The translations under genes were made by a program, and so were the position numbers. DNA of 64,000 nucleotides from a bacterium (GTDB lineage Bacteria; Bacillota_I; Bacilli_A; Izemoplasmatales; UBA1188), in contig JAGCYY010000006.1 of NCBI GenBank assembly GCA_017960565.1, positions 36,675 through 100,674 of the forward strand. Reading direction: 5' to 3'. The notes below the pieces were generated by a model, which saw only the letters and a program-made list of their open reading frames with translations, did not search any database and was not told the DNA's origin. Positions 63,732 through 64,000 of this stretch are shown here, one piece after another (the stretch's first letter is position 1; each line of letters starts with the position of its first letter).

Positions 63732-64000
63732 ATGGAAGTGGATGTTTCCTTAGAAGATCTATGACCTCTTCTTTAACTTCTATTAGTTTGTTTTCATCTT
63801 TAGAGTTCATTAAAGCTTTGTCGATTAGATGAACTGTTTTAATGCATTCATCCATTGAAAACCCTCTTGTGGTAATGGCAGGAGTACCAATTCTAAGTCC
63901 GCTTGTGATGAATGGCTTTTCAGGGTCGTTTGGAATTGAGTTTTTATTCACTGTGATATTTACTGTATCTAGAAGTTTTTCTGCTTCTTTTCCTGTTAAT
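63718..64000 (-). CDS. glyA: Serine hydroxymethyltransferase, C-terminal part only (5' end beyond window)
   Basis: [31 protein letters not shown] is the conserved GlyA C-terminal region. The reading frame stays open to position 64000; the track's internal Met is not the true start. Confidence 0.85.
   Translation of the reverse strand, partial: LTGKEAEKLLDTVNITVNKNSIPNDPEKPFITSGLRIGTPAITTRGFSMDECIKTVHLIDKALMNSKDENKLIEVKEEVIDLLRKHPLPYDNE

Overview
AT-rich chromosomal segment: hand-counted 100-nt samples of core genes are about 30% GC. The host looks like a low-GC Gram-positive-type bacterium (Bacillota, Erysipelotrichia/Mollicutes-like). This rests on GGAGG-type RBSs, a Bacillus/Mollicutes-type tRNA cluster order and a small 4.5S-like SRP RNA. 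The genetic code is standard, with TGA used as a stop. I count about 50 protein genes (mostly on the minus strand), 13 tRNAs and 1 SRP RNA.

Positions 1-8756 are the 5' part of one giant lipoprotein gene of at least 2918 codons. It carries Flg_new repeats, Fn3-like modules and a BspA-type LRR_5 array. It runs off the window, so it is missing from the supplied ORF track.

Housekeeping content: galE, glnA, a zur-znuABC-like operon, rimM-trmD, adenine deaminase, rsmG-mnmG, a two-component system, rpmE, tdk, tadA, ffs, gtrA/GT2/yfhO-like glycosylation genes, pmbA-tldD, dusB and partial glyA.

Most interesting regions:
1. A compositionally mosaic island at about 34.97-40.31 kb. It starts with three 32-bp-period tandem repeats. 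A high-GC epimerase/TetR module follows. It ends in a very low-GC cassette holding a compact MmeI-like single-chain RM candidate and a small serine recombinase, bracketed by 50-bp direct repeats with nested dyads.
2. A partner-switching module with no sigma factor at 26.0-30.4 kb, apparently co-transcribed with rimM-trmD. It contains a STAS protein, a membrane-sensor PP2C phosphatase fused to an RsbW-like kinase, and a STAS domain fused to an aminoglycoside/choline-kinase-fold domain.
3. A glycine-linker-flanked double zinc ribbon embedded in the LRR array of the giant surface protein.

All family assignments come from motif recognition by eye. No database search, folding or statistics could be run.
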